A stretch of 64,000 bases of DNA, taken from NCBI GenBank assembly GCA_965287045.1, contig OZ336882.1, forward strand, positions 58,838,001 to 58,902,000. The letters run 5' to 3'. The DNA is from Carcharhinus amblyrhynchos. Its lineage: Eukaryota. Position numbers and translations under genes: made by a program. The notes beneath the pieces are model-generated. The model saw only the letters and a program-made list of their open reading frames with translations. It did no database searches and had not been told where the DNA came from. Numbering within the stretch: the stretch's first letter is position 1; the number at the start of each line of letters is the position of its first letter. Below, one piece after another: positions 24,258 to 36,322 of this stretch.

Positions 24258-25090
24258 GGGGACAATTCTCCCATCCAGGAGGCTCAAGCAGTGATTCATG
24301 CAGATCCGCATTTGCACGTATTTTAAATCCCAGTATGGGCCAGGGACTAAAATCTGGGTCCACTAACATCTCCCCCCCCGCCCCCCCCCCCGCGGCTCCC
24401 CTCCCCCAGCTCCCCACCCCGCCGCCAGGATGGTCCACTGTAGCGAGATTTACTATAGCTCCCCACTTGTGGAGCAAGTTGGGTGCTGGGGGGCCGGGGA
24501 TGGTGGGGGGGACTTCCCTCTGGGCATTGCCATTTTGGCAGTGCCAACCTGGGTCCCCTGGCACTACCTAAGAGGCAAAGTGACAATGCCCAGGGGGCAT
24601 TTTGGCACTGCCCATTGGCCAGTGCCAAAGGGGCTGGACCTAATAGCAGAAGATCAGTGGGGTGGGGGGAATGGGGAAGGTCCTGCGACCACTCTGCAGT
24701 TGGCCTGAGTGACAGAGAGATGGAATCCAGCAATCGGGCTGACCATCGGGGTTGGGAGCAGGGTCAGTCTGCTGGGGGATTGAGAGTTGTGGTGGGTTAT
24801 CAGAGCTATTGGTGGTGGGGGGGGGGGGGGGCGCGCAGTAGGAACATAGAGGCAGGCTGGGAGCAGGGGGCTGTGAGGTTGGCCTGGGCATGTTTGGGGG
24901 TCAGTGATCGAGCTGGCCAGCGATCGGGAGGCTGGCAGTGTGGGCTTCAGCCCATGCACTGATCTCAGTGCTGACAGATTGACACATGCGCAGTGGCCCC
25001 CTCAGCACTATGGTGCTGCCTCTTCAGCGGGAAGAGACCCCACCCACCAACTTTCAATGTGATTCACGCTAGGACAATCTGCAGTGCTTC
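24258..25090. mobile_element. GC-rich Harbinger-type non-autonomous element (one end missing)
   Basis: ggggacaattctccca TIR; interior collinear with 36320-37453 and 47178-48579. Confidence 0.7.
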
Positions 25091-25254
25091 CCAGTACTAT
25101 ATTAGGTGAGCTTGTCTTAAAAGGTTAGCAACATTAAACATGGCTTCTTTTCTACCCACATTTTAGTACAAAATGGCTTTTAAGATAAAATGGACAAGCA
25201 AGCACACTAAATCCTACTAACATAAAACCAAAAACCAGGCCAATGTACATCATC

Positions 25255-25710
25255 TCTGGTAATAGTGACTGGGAAAGTGGACACTGCTTTGTTAGACTGA
25301 CTGAGAAATATGAACCCTCTCCTGTAACAGTAACTAAGAAATGTGGACCCTTTCCTGTAACAGTGACTGAGAAATGTGAATTGTTTTCTGCATCTTGACT
25401 GAGAAATGTGGACCCCCTTCTGTAGCAGTGACTGAGAAATGTGGACTCTCGCCTGTAACTTGACTGAAAAATATAGGCTCTCCCTTGTAATAGTGACTCA
25501 GAAGTGTGGACACGTGTCTGAAACTTGACCGAGAAATGCATACCTTTTCCTGTAATCATAACTGAGAAATCTGGACCCTCCCCTGTAACATAATGAAGAA
25601 ATGTGGGTCCTCTGCTGTAACAGTGACTGAGAAATGGGTACTCTCTCCTGTACCAGTCAGGAGCTGTGGATGTGGGTCTTCTCTCAGTGTGATAACTGAG
25701 AATGCTGAAC
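25255..25710. repeat. Degenerate 33-bp minisatellite, about 14 units
   Basis: Unit gtgactgagaaatgtggaccctttcctgtaaca, same as the edge units of the 19930-21250 array. Confidence 0.85.
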
Positions 25711-26129
25711 ATTTTGACTCTATAGTAGCCCAGACGATGTACTTTTCCTGTTGAAGGAAGGAATTTATGTGTTGATTAATGCTGCATAAATGTGAAGCAA
25801 ACAATATCTGAACTGAGTAGCAAACTCAAGTTGATTGGACCTGGGCCAATCAGTTTAGTCGGTGACTAGTTGTATTGTGCTAATTTTGGATTATTATTTA
25901 TTTATGGTTAACTATCCCTTAAGGAAAACGAACATTAAATGCCTGCCTGTCCATTTTTTCCGACTTTACCTTCATGGGGATTTTTTTTTAATATATACAC
26001 ACAATGATGGATTTCTTCATATTCTTAGGCAGTTCCTGAAAGTAATTTAGATTCTTACCAAGATTTTAAAGGCAAAGATTGTTTTCTTCTGCAGAATCTA
26101 TCCTCCTCTCTTGCTGATCATTTCAAAAG

Positions 26130-26865
26130 GTGAACAATATTCACACCCCACAAGTGCCAGAAAATGACCATTTCCAACAAGAGGGGATCTAACCATCACC
26201 CATTGACATTCAATGGATATGCCACTGCTGAATCTTCTACCAATAACATCCTGGGGTTATCATTAACAAGAAATTTATCTGGACGAGCCACATAAATTAA
26301 GAGGCTGGAAATTTTGTAGTGAGTAACTCAGCCCCAGGCTTCCCAAAGCCTTCATCACCTACAACACACAAGTCAGGAGTGTGATGGAATGCTTTTCTCT
26401 TTCCTGGATGAGTGGAGCTCCAATAACACTCAAGAAGCTCGACATCCAGGACAAATCAGCCCCAGTGATCCAAATCCCATTCACCACCTTAAACATTCAT
26501 TCCATCCACTACTGATGCAGAGTGGCAGCAGTGTGTGACATCTACAGGATGCACCGCAGTAACATGCCAAGTTTCAACAGCACTTTCTGAACCTGTGATC
26601 ACTCCCACTTAGAAAGGGCAAGGACAGCTGACGCCATGGGATAATCACCACCTGCAAGCTCTCTATGCCACACACGATCCTGATTTTGGCATGGCACTGC
26701 TATTTTTTCATCATCATTGGGTCAAAATTATGGACCCAGTTGCCTTACAGCAAATGTCTACAGCACACGCTCTTTGGTGGTTCAAGGAAGCTGCTCAACA
26801 TCACCTTTTGAAGGGCAGTGATCGACAATAATGGCAAGCCTTCCCTGTTCATACCCCATGAATTA
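26130..26865 (+). mobile_element. L2-group LINE 3' region
   Basis: Decayed YKAQVRSVME..PL.WMS.APITLKKLD-type coding sequence and the shared 3' tail. Confidence 0.7.
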
Positions 26866-29824
26866 ATTAATTAACCAATTATTGTAAAATCAAAATATCC
26901 TTCCCTAGCCTCTGCACCCTCAGGCCCAGAACGCTTCAACTCTCTGGCACAAAATACATCAATTCTGAGAACTGTGTTGGAAGAAAGCAGGTCATTGATG
27001 GTAAGTTTACTTTAATACAGTGCTAGTTCTTCAACCTGTGCTCAATTCGAACGCTGGTGAGTGTAGGATCAGTAAAGTCCCCATATTTTCGATTAAGTTT
27101 CCTCCATTATGTAAAAATATCTCGCAAAACAATTCACGTCCCTGAACCAGTGGGGATGATTCATCCCTCAGCAGTATTACTAATGCTAATGGATTGGTGG
27201 AAAGAACTAAAATTGGGATTGATGAATCCATTGCCCGGTGTGAAAATCAGCCCTACCGACAAGGTGGCAGCCAATTTGTGGCAAGAGTTAGCTAATCTCA
27301 GTTGTGGAGGCTCTGCCATTAATCAAGTCTGGAAAGGGAAAGAACAAGTCAATGTTCCTGCTCTGACTGCCATCCAGTGAAACCCCCCTCTGATGGGAAA
27401 GTGCATGTGTAATGTGATGGTACCTTCCAAGAGCCTGCTTGACACCAATTATATAGGTATATTAACAAGGCACTTGCCTGAGGCAATGAAGAGCTAGAAA
27501 AAGGCAGCAATCTCTGGAGAAAAAGAGGAGGGAATGCAAAAGGTGAAAACTGCTGAGAAGAAAATTGGTGCAAAGGCTGGCTGCCATTGACTCATAAAGC
27601 AAAATTCAAAAAAAAAGTCTAAAAATGTATCTACTCCTTGCAACAAATAATTATCCTCTGCACAGATGGAAAATGCTGCAGAAGCGGTAAATGTGAAATA
27701 AAGTTAACTCCCCCTGCTTGCTGAGGTTTTAACTGTGACTCTTACATTGGCTGGTCTGCAAGTGTTTTCTTCCCTAGAATTTCTGCAGTGTATAAAACAG
27801 GAAATTACTGTGTTACAGACAGAGCTGGCCCTTGCAGGCTCCAACCTACCCGGCGAGCTCTTGTCAGCACAGCAGGGAATACTACAGCCCCTTCTTGTTC
27901 ATTTCTCCCCCCTCACAGATACCTCAGTAAAGAAAACCGAGGAAAGTGTTTCTGAATTCCAGCAAATGCACATAGCACAAACAGCGCACAGCCCGCCAAG
28001 ACACACAAGCAGAGGAAATATTTCTTCACTGCTGAACAGAAATGGCTCTGTGCAGAGTTGGGGCCAGGGTCCAACTGACAGAACACCTTTTGTTGGTGAC
28101 TGCAAAGGCCGTATGTTTAAGAGCTGGTTCTTTGTGACATCACATGACCTCCTGGCAGGGTCACCGCTGTACAGAGCACAGAGGATGAGATGCCCGATAT
28201 ATCTTTTTCATTCTCTAAAATAGTTTTGTGTCTCCCCCACCCCTCATTCTAAACTAATGCAGTCATGATGGAGCCATTTAACCCATCATGCTTGTACCAG
28301 CTCTGATCACTCTATTCACTTCGCTCCAGTCCCCTGCTCGCACCCCAAACTCTTTTTGTATATTTATCTTTCAGGTATTTTATGACTTCCTTGCTAAAAG
28401 CTCCAACAGATTCTGCTTCCACCACTATTTCTGGCAGGATACTCCATTTCTTAATGATCCTTTGCATCAAAATACAATTCAGTCCTTCTGAGTTAGGGAC
28501 TCGGCAACCAATGGAGACAATTTATTTTTACCCAACCTCAGAAAGTTGAGGAGACTGTTTAAAATTAAGCTCAGCACAAACTTGCTGCCCTTCGTCATGA
28601 CGGTCAAACAGAATAAAGTCGTGGAGAAAGGTTAGAGTTGGAGGAGAGAAAGGACACAAAAGAAAAGGGGCAGCTTTATCCATCTGAGAACCAAAACCCG
28701 CAACATTAGGAATAATGAGGGCATGAAGTGAGGTTCGCAGAAGTTATCGGAAACCATTCTGCCGAAAGTTCAGAAGCTACTAGGGGGCACAAAGAAAGCA
28801 GATCAACCTGCCGTTCATAAGGTTTAATAAATGCCTCTCGAATTTATCCAACCTGTTTCTCATCCTTAAGGGACACACAATGCCTCCAAAACCAGAATTC
28901 TGGGGAGAGAATTTCTAGTCATTTCTTGACAGGCTTTCTGCCTGCAGTTTATCTCCATATTGTACAAACCACAGCAAGCCTTATAACAAAAGAAAAGTTC
29001 TTGCAAAGACTATCAGTTTTATCTTCTAATTTAGAGATTGAAGATGACACTAAGCCTCAGTGGACTCCAAACATAAATCTAGTAATGAATAACAGGCCTG
29101 AGACGTTTCATTACTAAGGAGTGAGAAGCCTTTCCTGTTGATTGCCATCCCTGGGAGGCCAGTTAACCTTGAGATTCAGAGGCAAGCATTCCTTTAGACA
29201 GAACAACCGTGACCTTTCAGTCTTGACCTCTATTAGGCCCCAACAAATTGCAAAAAAAAAGACACCTGCCACGTGTTAGTAACCCGAGACTGGTGCCCAG
29301 CAGTGTCTTCGGCTTGAAGCTGCTGATAAAGTAATCATTCATCCCGAATGGCCATGTCTGGCACAAGACCTTGAGGATGACCGTGCCTTGAATTAAAATA
29401 AAGAAATATCCAACTGAAACCTGCAGCAGCTGCAACCTTCCACAGACTTTTACAGGTTTAAATTGCAGAGCTTGTTAGTGAGAGAAGAACACTGCCCTAC
29501 TCATTATTATCTCCCTGTACAGAGCTCGGTGAAGGCACTTGCTTGGAACAGGAATTCTACCTGCCTCGTGACACTTTTGAGGCAATCGAGGCAATAGCTA
29601 AAAGAAACAAATGTGCATTCATACAGTGCTCTTGACTACACAAAAACGTCCCAAAAGTGTCTCATAGTCAATGAAACGCTTTTGAAATTTAGAATAGAAT
29701 TTTTCCAGGTGGTTTTGAGGGCGAATGGGGTGGGAAATTTATGTCAGGTCAGGATCATAATGTGAACTGTATTTTTGTGTGTTTCCCTGGGATGGAATCG
29801 AAGGTGACCAGAGAACCCGCTTGG

Positions 29825-30400
29825 ATTTTTTTATTCAGATGCGGGCTTTGCTGGCTAAGCCAGGATTTATTCCCCATCTCTAATTGCCTTTGAGAACATG
29901 ATGGTGAATGCCTTTTTGAACCACTACAGTCCACGTGGTATAGGTACAAACACAGTAGTGTTAGGAAGGAGATTTTGATCCTGTGACAGTAAAGGAAAGG
30001 TGATATACTTCCAAGTCAGGATAGCATGGAGGGGAACTTGCAGGTGGTGAGGTCTGCTGCTGCTCTTGTCCTTCTAGGTGGTAGAGTTTGTGGATTTGGA
30101 AGATGCTATTGAAGGAGCCTTGATGAGGTGCTGCAGTCAAACTTGTAGATGGTACATGCTGCTGCCATTCTGTGCTGGTGGTGGAAGGGTTGAATGTTGA
30201 AGGTGGTAAATGGGCTGCTGATGAAGTGGACTGTTTTATCCTGAGTGGCGTCCAGCTTCTTGAGTGTTATTGCTGCTGCATGCATCCAGGCAAGTAGAGA
30301 GTGGTCCATAACAGTTCTGACTTGTGACTTTTAGATAGCGGACAGGTTTTGGGGAATCAAGAATGAATGAACTTCCTCAGAATTTACAGCCTCTGACATG
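29825..30400 (-). mobile_element. L2-group LINE 3' region
   Basis: ORF 30106-30309 LAWMHAAAITLKKLDATQDK...AAACTIYK; homologous to 26130-26865. Confidence 0.75.
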
Positions 30401-30534
30401 CTCTCATACACAATACTTACATGGCTGAATACAGCCTACCCTTTCCTGCAACGGACAATGGGGACTACTCCCCCAGCATTATTGCCTCCCTCCCTTCTCC
30501 TGTGTCTCTGCATTACTAGTCCAGTGTACCTGGA

Positions 30535-30625
30535 AGGCGCCAGAATGTGGCGACTAGGGGATTTTCACAGTAATTTCATTGCAGCATTAATGTAAGCCTA
30601 CTAGTAAATAAACTTTTAACTTTTT
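30535..30625 (+). mobile_element. MER6-type SINE tail
   Basis: tgtggcgactaggggattttcacagtaatttcattgcag...aataaactttt. Confidence 0.75.
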
Positions 30626-30894
30626 AAGCAGATGTGGAGCCTGCACAGATATAGGATTAGGCACAGACATAACATTTCTATGATGATATGATTGCTGTAC
30701 CACATGCATATTATAGTGCACTGTAATCTGCTCTATAAAATTGCAACCCTGCCAGAAGTACAAAGTTACGTGACACAATACTGTAATGGTAGTATACAGT
30801 ACATGTAATGTGTAGCACACAATGAGAGTGCACTGTGTATTATAGAGAGTGCAATGTAATACACCGTAATGTGATAACATATACTATACAGCAC

Positions 30895-31213
30895 TCAGAA
30901 GCACAGAATCCTTGCAGTGTAGAAGAGGCCACTCAGCCCATTGAGTCTACACCGACTCTCTGACAAAGTAACCCAGGCCCACTTCTCCCACCCTATCCCT
31001 GTTATCCCACACATTTCCCATGGCTAATCCATCTTGGGACATAAGGGGCAACTTAACATGGCCAATCCATCTAACTTGAACATCTTTGGATTGTGGGAGG
31101 AAACTGGAGCACCCAGAGGTGCAAACTCCACAAAGTCACCCAAGGCCAGAATTGAACCCCGGTCTCTGGCACTGTGAGGCAGTACTGCTAACCACTGTGC
31201 CACCATGCTGCCC
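30895..31213 (-). mobile_element. HE1-type V-SINE
   Basis: tRNA head, V domain and CR1-like tail on the minus strand. Confidence 0.8.
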
Positions 31214-32894
31214 CTGAATGCAGTATCTAACCTGTGATAATTTACAGTGCATTGTATTGTTAACATGCGATGCATGCTGTGTATTTGGCATTTGGCATAC
31301 ATTATATACAATGGAGTACTTGTGATAGAGAGCAATATATAATATAGCATACATTGTGAGGATATTTCTCACAATGAAATATCATTTCATGATCTTTCTA
31401 ACGTAAAGCCATGTGGAGGGCATTGATCAAAGAATTCAGTACAAATTCTGTAGCCTTAGCTGGAATTCCCCAACCTCGCCCACAGTTTGTCTGCATGTCG
31501 AAATGCTCTGTAGTGCATCACTGAACATGTATTTTGGAGCACTGTATTACTCTTTACGCTTTGTAGATTGTTTGGATAATGTTAAAAGATAATGAATAAA
31601 GTACAATTTTCTTTTCAAATTTCTTCTTGGATATTCCTCATCCCATACTGGAATCTGCCTGGGGAAATTCTTCTTATATCTCAACACTGTAGCCAAGGCA
31701 AAGAGGAGTTTGGTGAGGCAATATCTGATGACAGGAGCCACTCTATAATAGCTTGGAGTCCGGCGAAAAAAAATGAAGAAAGGGGAAAGTTGAAACAGTT
31801 ACAAAATCTTGGGGTGTTGTCCAAATATTTTGCCTCTATCACCTCACACACTAAAATACCTCTCTACCTCATTGGCAATGATCTCAACGGGTTTGCACAT
31901 GTCAGCAGCTCCATCCTCATTCTGCTATAAATGAGAGCTTGTCTGAATTCCTTCCTTGAACTAGGCTATTCTGGCAGACACGAGGACCATGAAGACAAGC
32001 TCCCTGTTATTGCTAGGGGCTGCATTTGAGGAATGGTCGTTCCCCTCAGCTAACGCACTCCAGAGGACAGCAGAGCATGTGTTATGCAGGCCAAAAAGGA
32101 GCCACAAATTACATGCATCCACCGCAACACCACCCCGCCCCCCCCCCCGCCCCCCTCCTCCATCCCCACGGCCAGGGCACAAAAACAGGCTACAGGCTTT
32201 GCATGGTGCGTGGGGCTCACATTGGTGTCACAGGCTATGCTTGCTGGGTGCAACTTATTTTGTACACTGCCTGTCACCTATCAGTTCTTTCCCTTTGCAA
32301 AAGTGGATTTCCATTACCTTGTCTGTTCTCACCAGCCACGGACAAGGGAGAAACCCCGAATCCAAATCTAGACTCCAGTCCTTCATTTCTTTTCGCCTCT
32401 GACCCTCAAGCATTTCCTGCCGAACAGGACTCGATGCCAAACTTTCTGTTTATTGCCCACAGCCTGAAGCACCAGGGAATGACAGGAATTATTCAAGAGA
32501 TAAACTTTGTTGTTTTTACCACTGGACTGAGCGCTTTTCTCTGCAAAAGAAACCTGTTAATATGTACTAAACTGGGTCAAAGCTGAAATCTGTTTGTTAA
32601 ACTGGCAATTTCATTGATTGCTCATGTTTGATACATTAGAATTAAATTGGAAAGGTCCAGATTCATCTTTGAACTGAGCTAATGTAGTTAATGTTAATTA
32701 GTCTGATCTCACTGTCCTTGGGGTAGGGACTTTACCATTCCTGTTTATTTTACCAGTGCATGTTTAAGGCTGTCTAAATGAGGACAGAGTAAAGTTTGAC
32801 TGGGATGGCAGCCACAGTTGAACAGGTTACCTCCTGTTACCATCTGAACGTTAGCAGTGTTGCAAAACTCTTGCATCTACAGGAGAGAAGTTTT

Positions 32895-33045
32895 ATTATT
32901 CATTCATAGGATGTGGGCATCGCTAGCTGGGCAAGCATTTACTGCATATGCCTGAGGGAGTTCAGAGTCAACCACGTTGCTGTGGCTCTGGAGTCATATG
33001 TTGGCCAGACCAGGTAAGGACGGCAGATTTCATTCCCTAAAGGAG
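32895..33045 (-). mobile_element. 3' part of a SINE carrying the L2-group tail
   Basis: Core shared with 49400-49712; tail (cccacatcctatgaatgaat) shared with the L2-group LINE copies. Confidence 0.6.
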
Positions 33046-33499
33046 TGGCAGGTGAGGAAGGCAAAAGGGGTTGGTGAGTTGGGGTGAGGTTGGGTTTGGG
33101 CGAAGGGGCAAATGTGGGAGGCATGCATTGCCAGAATTGGAGCAAATGGACAGAACCAGAGTGCAGAATACTCTTCAATAGGATTGCTGCCTTGCAGTAT
33201 TTTCCCTTTCCCTGTTATCTCCACAGTTTTTCGATAATTAGCAATGCCACAAATGCGAAACTTGAGGACAATGCCACAATGTCAGCTAAGATAACCTTGG
33301 TTACAGCTGCACAATGTGCTCCCAGCAGGCTGCACCTAATCTTGCCATTCAATAAGGGGAAGATGGGGATTTAGCATTGTCAGCTACCATGTACGTGTCG
33401 CATTCTTAAAAAAGAATGCACAGAGATTGTGTCTGCAGCAACACTGATATAGAATCAGAAATCAGTCAATTATAGTCATATAAAACTCAATCTTTTAAC

Positions 33500-34570
33500 C
33501 CCATTTATTGTACTGTGTTCAGTTCTGGGCATTGCACCTTAGGAATGATACGCTGGCCCTGGAGGGAGTGCAGCACAGATTGCCTAGAATGGTCTGAGTT
33601 AAATTATAAGGATATGTTGAATTGAGTAGACTTGTATTCCCTTGTGTAGAGAAGATTAAGGGGTGGCCCAATTGAGATGTTCAAGATGATTAAAGGATTT
33701 GACGGGATAGACAGAGTGCAAAATCATCTGGTGGGGGAACCCAGAAGAAGGGAGCATAACCTTACAATTAGAGCTAGGATATTCAAGACTGGTATCAGGA
33801 AGTGCTTGTCCATGTAAGGAATGGTTGCCATCTGAACTTCCTTCACAGAAAACCATTGAGGATTACCTAATTGAACATTTCTAAATTGAGACTGATAGGT
33901 TTCGTTAGGCCAGGGTTACGGGATGGGTGGGTTTCTCCCATGCCCTGCTGGTGTGTTTAATAACAGGTTGGATGGGGATGAGTGGGCTGGGGGGCACAGG
34001 GCATAAAGAGGGTGAGAGGGGGTTGTGGGGGAATTTGGCAGGAGGCCCAAAAATAGGTTTCACACTGTTGTGAATTTCCTGAGGGATCCTCCGCTGGTGC
34101 TTGCCACAGTGGATCAGGAAACCTGTTGGTGTGAAACTGATGCTAATGGGATGCAGGAACACCAGCAGGAAAATAGGCTGGTCTAGGACATATACGGAAC
34201 AATGTGGTGTGTAGAAATTGGGAATCACCTCAGTTCCAGAGTTCAGGATGGAGGTCTTTCTTAAACAGTGGGGCAAGGGATACATCACTCAGATATGGCA
34301 GCAAGATATGCACAATCTAGCCCACCTTGCCACAAAATACCGCACTAAACCCCCCTGGTACATAATTAATGAGTTTGGGGCCAGAAGATATGATGTGGTT
34401 CCCACCTGCTCCCCCCCACCTTGGCTTCTCACCATGCCCACCCCCATCACGGGACCTAGTCCCAGATCTGAGAACACTGTTAATAAGTGAAAATCAGACA
34501 CATCAGTCAAGATCTGATTTGAATAGTGGAACAATCTTGGCGGGTTGAATGTTTTACTCTTGTTCCTTTG
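33500..34570 (+). mobile_element. Old CR1 3' region interrupted at about 33905-34480 by a GC-rich insert
   Basis: YCVQFW..HLR.D.LALEGVQ-type coding remnant; tail atcagtcaagatctgatttgaatagtggaac at about 34500. Confidence 0.6.
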
Positions 34571-34699
34571 TCCCAGAGGTTTTATAAATCCTGATTACTG
34601 ATTCGGATCCAAATCCAAATCCAGACAGCAGGCATTTTCTCATTTTTCAAACCTTCAAACATATCTCGCTGAAAAAAGCTTAGAGTTAGAAGGTACTCC

Positions 34700-34855
34700 G
34701 AAAGATGTGCTGGTTAGGTGCATTGGCCATGCTAAGTTCTCCCTCGGTGTACCCGAACAGGCACCGGAGTGTGGCGACTAGGGGATTTTCACAATACCTT
34801 CATTGTAATGTTAATATAAACCTACTTGTGACACTAATGAATAAACTTTAAACTT
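34700..34855 (+). mobile_element. MER6-type SINE, 5' truncated
   Basis: gtgtacccgaacaggcaccggagtgtggcgactaggggattttcac...ataaactttaaacttt. Confidence 0.8.
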
Positions 34856-34864
34856 TGCTTTTCA

Positions 34865-35240
34865 AAGTGTCAAGCGTCAAAGCACTTTGCAGCCAATTAA
34901 GTACTTTCGAAGTTTAGACACGATTGTACTGTGGGGGAACATGGCTGTTTGCTTGCCTGTGGAAGGTGTCCACAGACCACAAATGACAAGATAATCTGTT
35001 TTTGTGACATCGAAGGAGAGATAAATGTTGGCCAGGGCACTGAGGGGATAACGCCTCTGCCCTTCTTCAGATTACGTCATGGGGTATTTTCCATCCATCT
35101 GAGAGGGCAGACAGGGTTTAGCATCCTATCTGAAATATTGTCTCCCAGCAATGAAAAATCCCCTCAATGTGCACTGGAGCATCAAGCTTTATGTCTGAAC
35201 TCAAGTCCTGAAGTGAAACTTGAACCCAAAACCTCATGAA
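34865..35240 (-). mobile_element. DeuSINE (SacSINE1-like)
   Basis: caaagcactttgcagccaattaagtacttt...catccatctgagagggcagac...cttgaaccca. Confidence 0.65.
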
Positions 35241-35249
35241 TCAAATAGA

Positions 35250-35395
35250 AGTAAAATACTGTGGATGCTGGAATCTGAAACAAAAACAGAAAATGCTGGA
35301 ACATGCCAGCTCTGGCAAGGGTCATCCTGACTCGAAATGTTGGCTCTATTGTCTCTCCACAGATGCTGTCAGACCTGCTGAGAGTTTCCAGTAAT
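35250..35395. mobile_element. Penelope-derived partial palindrome
   Basis: Same family as 19130-19363; AGGGTCATCCTGACTC-GAAA intact. Confidence 0.65.
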
Positions 35396-36211
35396 TTACC
35401 TCATGACTCAGAGTCGAGATTGTCACCAACAGAGCCTCAGGTAACTGTATTTTACACAGTTAAGGTTAAATTCTCTGATTAGTTTCCACAATATATAGAT
35501 ATGAACCGCAGACACACAAAAATATCATATAAAACAAAATGTACTGGAATTAGTTTTATTGCAAACCCTTCGTTGAAGGGCCAAGGCCCACACACATCAG
35601 AATAGACTCCAAGATTGAAAAGAGAGCCATCGTCAAAGTCTGAAGATCTAAGCAGACCACAGGATGCCAAAACACTGAAGACGATTAACTTTAATTGCAG
35701 TGTTACTCCAAGAACTGACAGTTACCCAGCAAGAATAAAAAGCACACAAGCACGTTTTCTGTGATCCTTGCATACCCCACAAGCAGTCCTTGAAGAAAAA
35801 AAACTCATTCCACTTTCAGTAAATGTGGTGAGAATTTTAGCCTATTCCCCTCTGAAATTCTGCCCTTGCGACAATTCAAATCTGAGAAGATTGAGGACTG
35901 AGTGCACCCATTTCCTTCCCTCAGCTCTCAGTCAAAGTTGTGCGAATCACTGCTGAAAAGGCCCCAGCAGGAGAAGATAAATCCACAAACATAAAAGGTT
36001 TTGTTCCTTGAAAAGCAGGTTAAAAACTTGTTGCATTTTCCACTTTTAATGCTAAATGCCAGGTAGCTCTGTCTGAATAAATCTACCTCCCCCTGCCTCA
36101 CCCTGCAAGGGAAAAATAACACTTTGAGAGATGCAAACACAACAGTTTCAAGCGCATCTTGAATCCACTCATTCACTTCAATCCTCAACAAATGTAAAGC
36201 TGCTGACCATT

Positions 36212-36322
36212 GATTGATTTGATTTATTATTAATTAATTATTATTAGTATAAGGTGAAAAGTATTGTTTCTTGCGCACTATACAGACAAAGCATACCATA
36301 CGCAGAGAAGAAAAGGAGAGAG
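36212..36322 (-). mobile_element. Rex1/Babar 3' UTR fragment
   Basis: Reverse complement of 670-770. Confidence 0.7.

Noticed and set aside
24139-24962. Overlapping Pro/Gly-rich ORFs (also 36711-37260 and 45450-45923)
   Set aside because: They arise from GC-rich non-autonomous DNA elements and have no recognisable domains.
27735-28223. 162-aa ORF
   Set aside because: Non-ATG start, no recognisable homology, and antisense to the host gene.
32640-32870. Possible ancient SINE-like relic (similar traces at about 15440, 59400 and 60420)
   Set aside because: Similarity is too faint to delimit or name without an HMM search.
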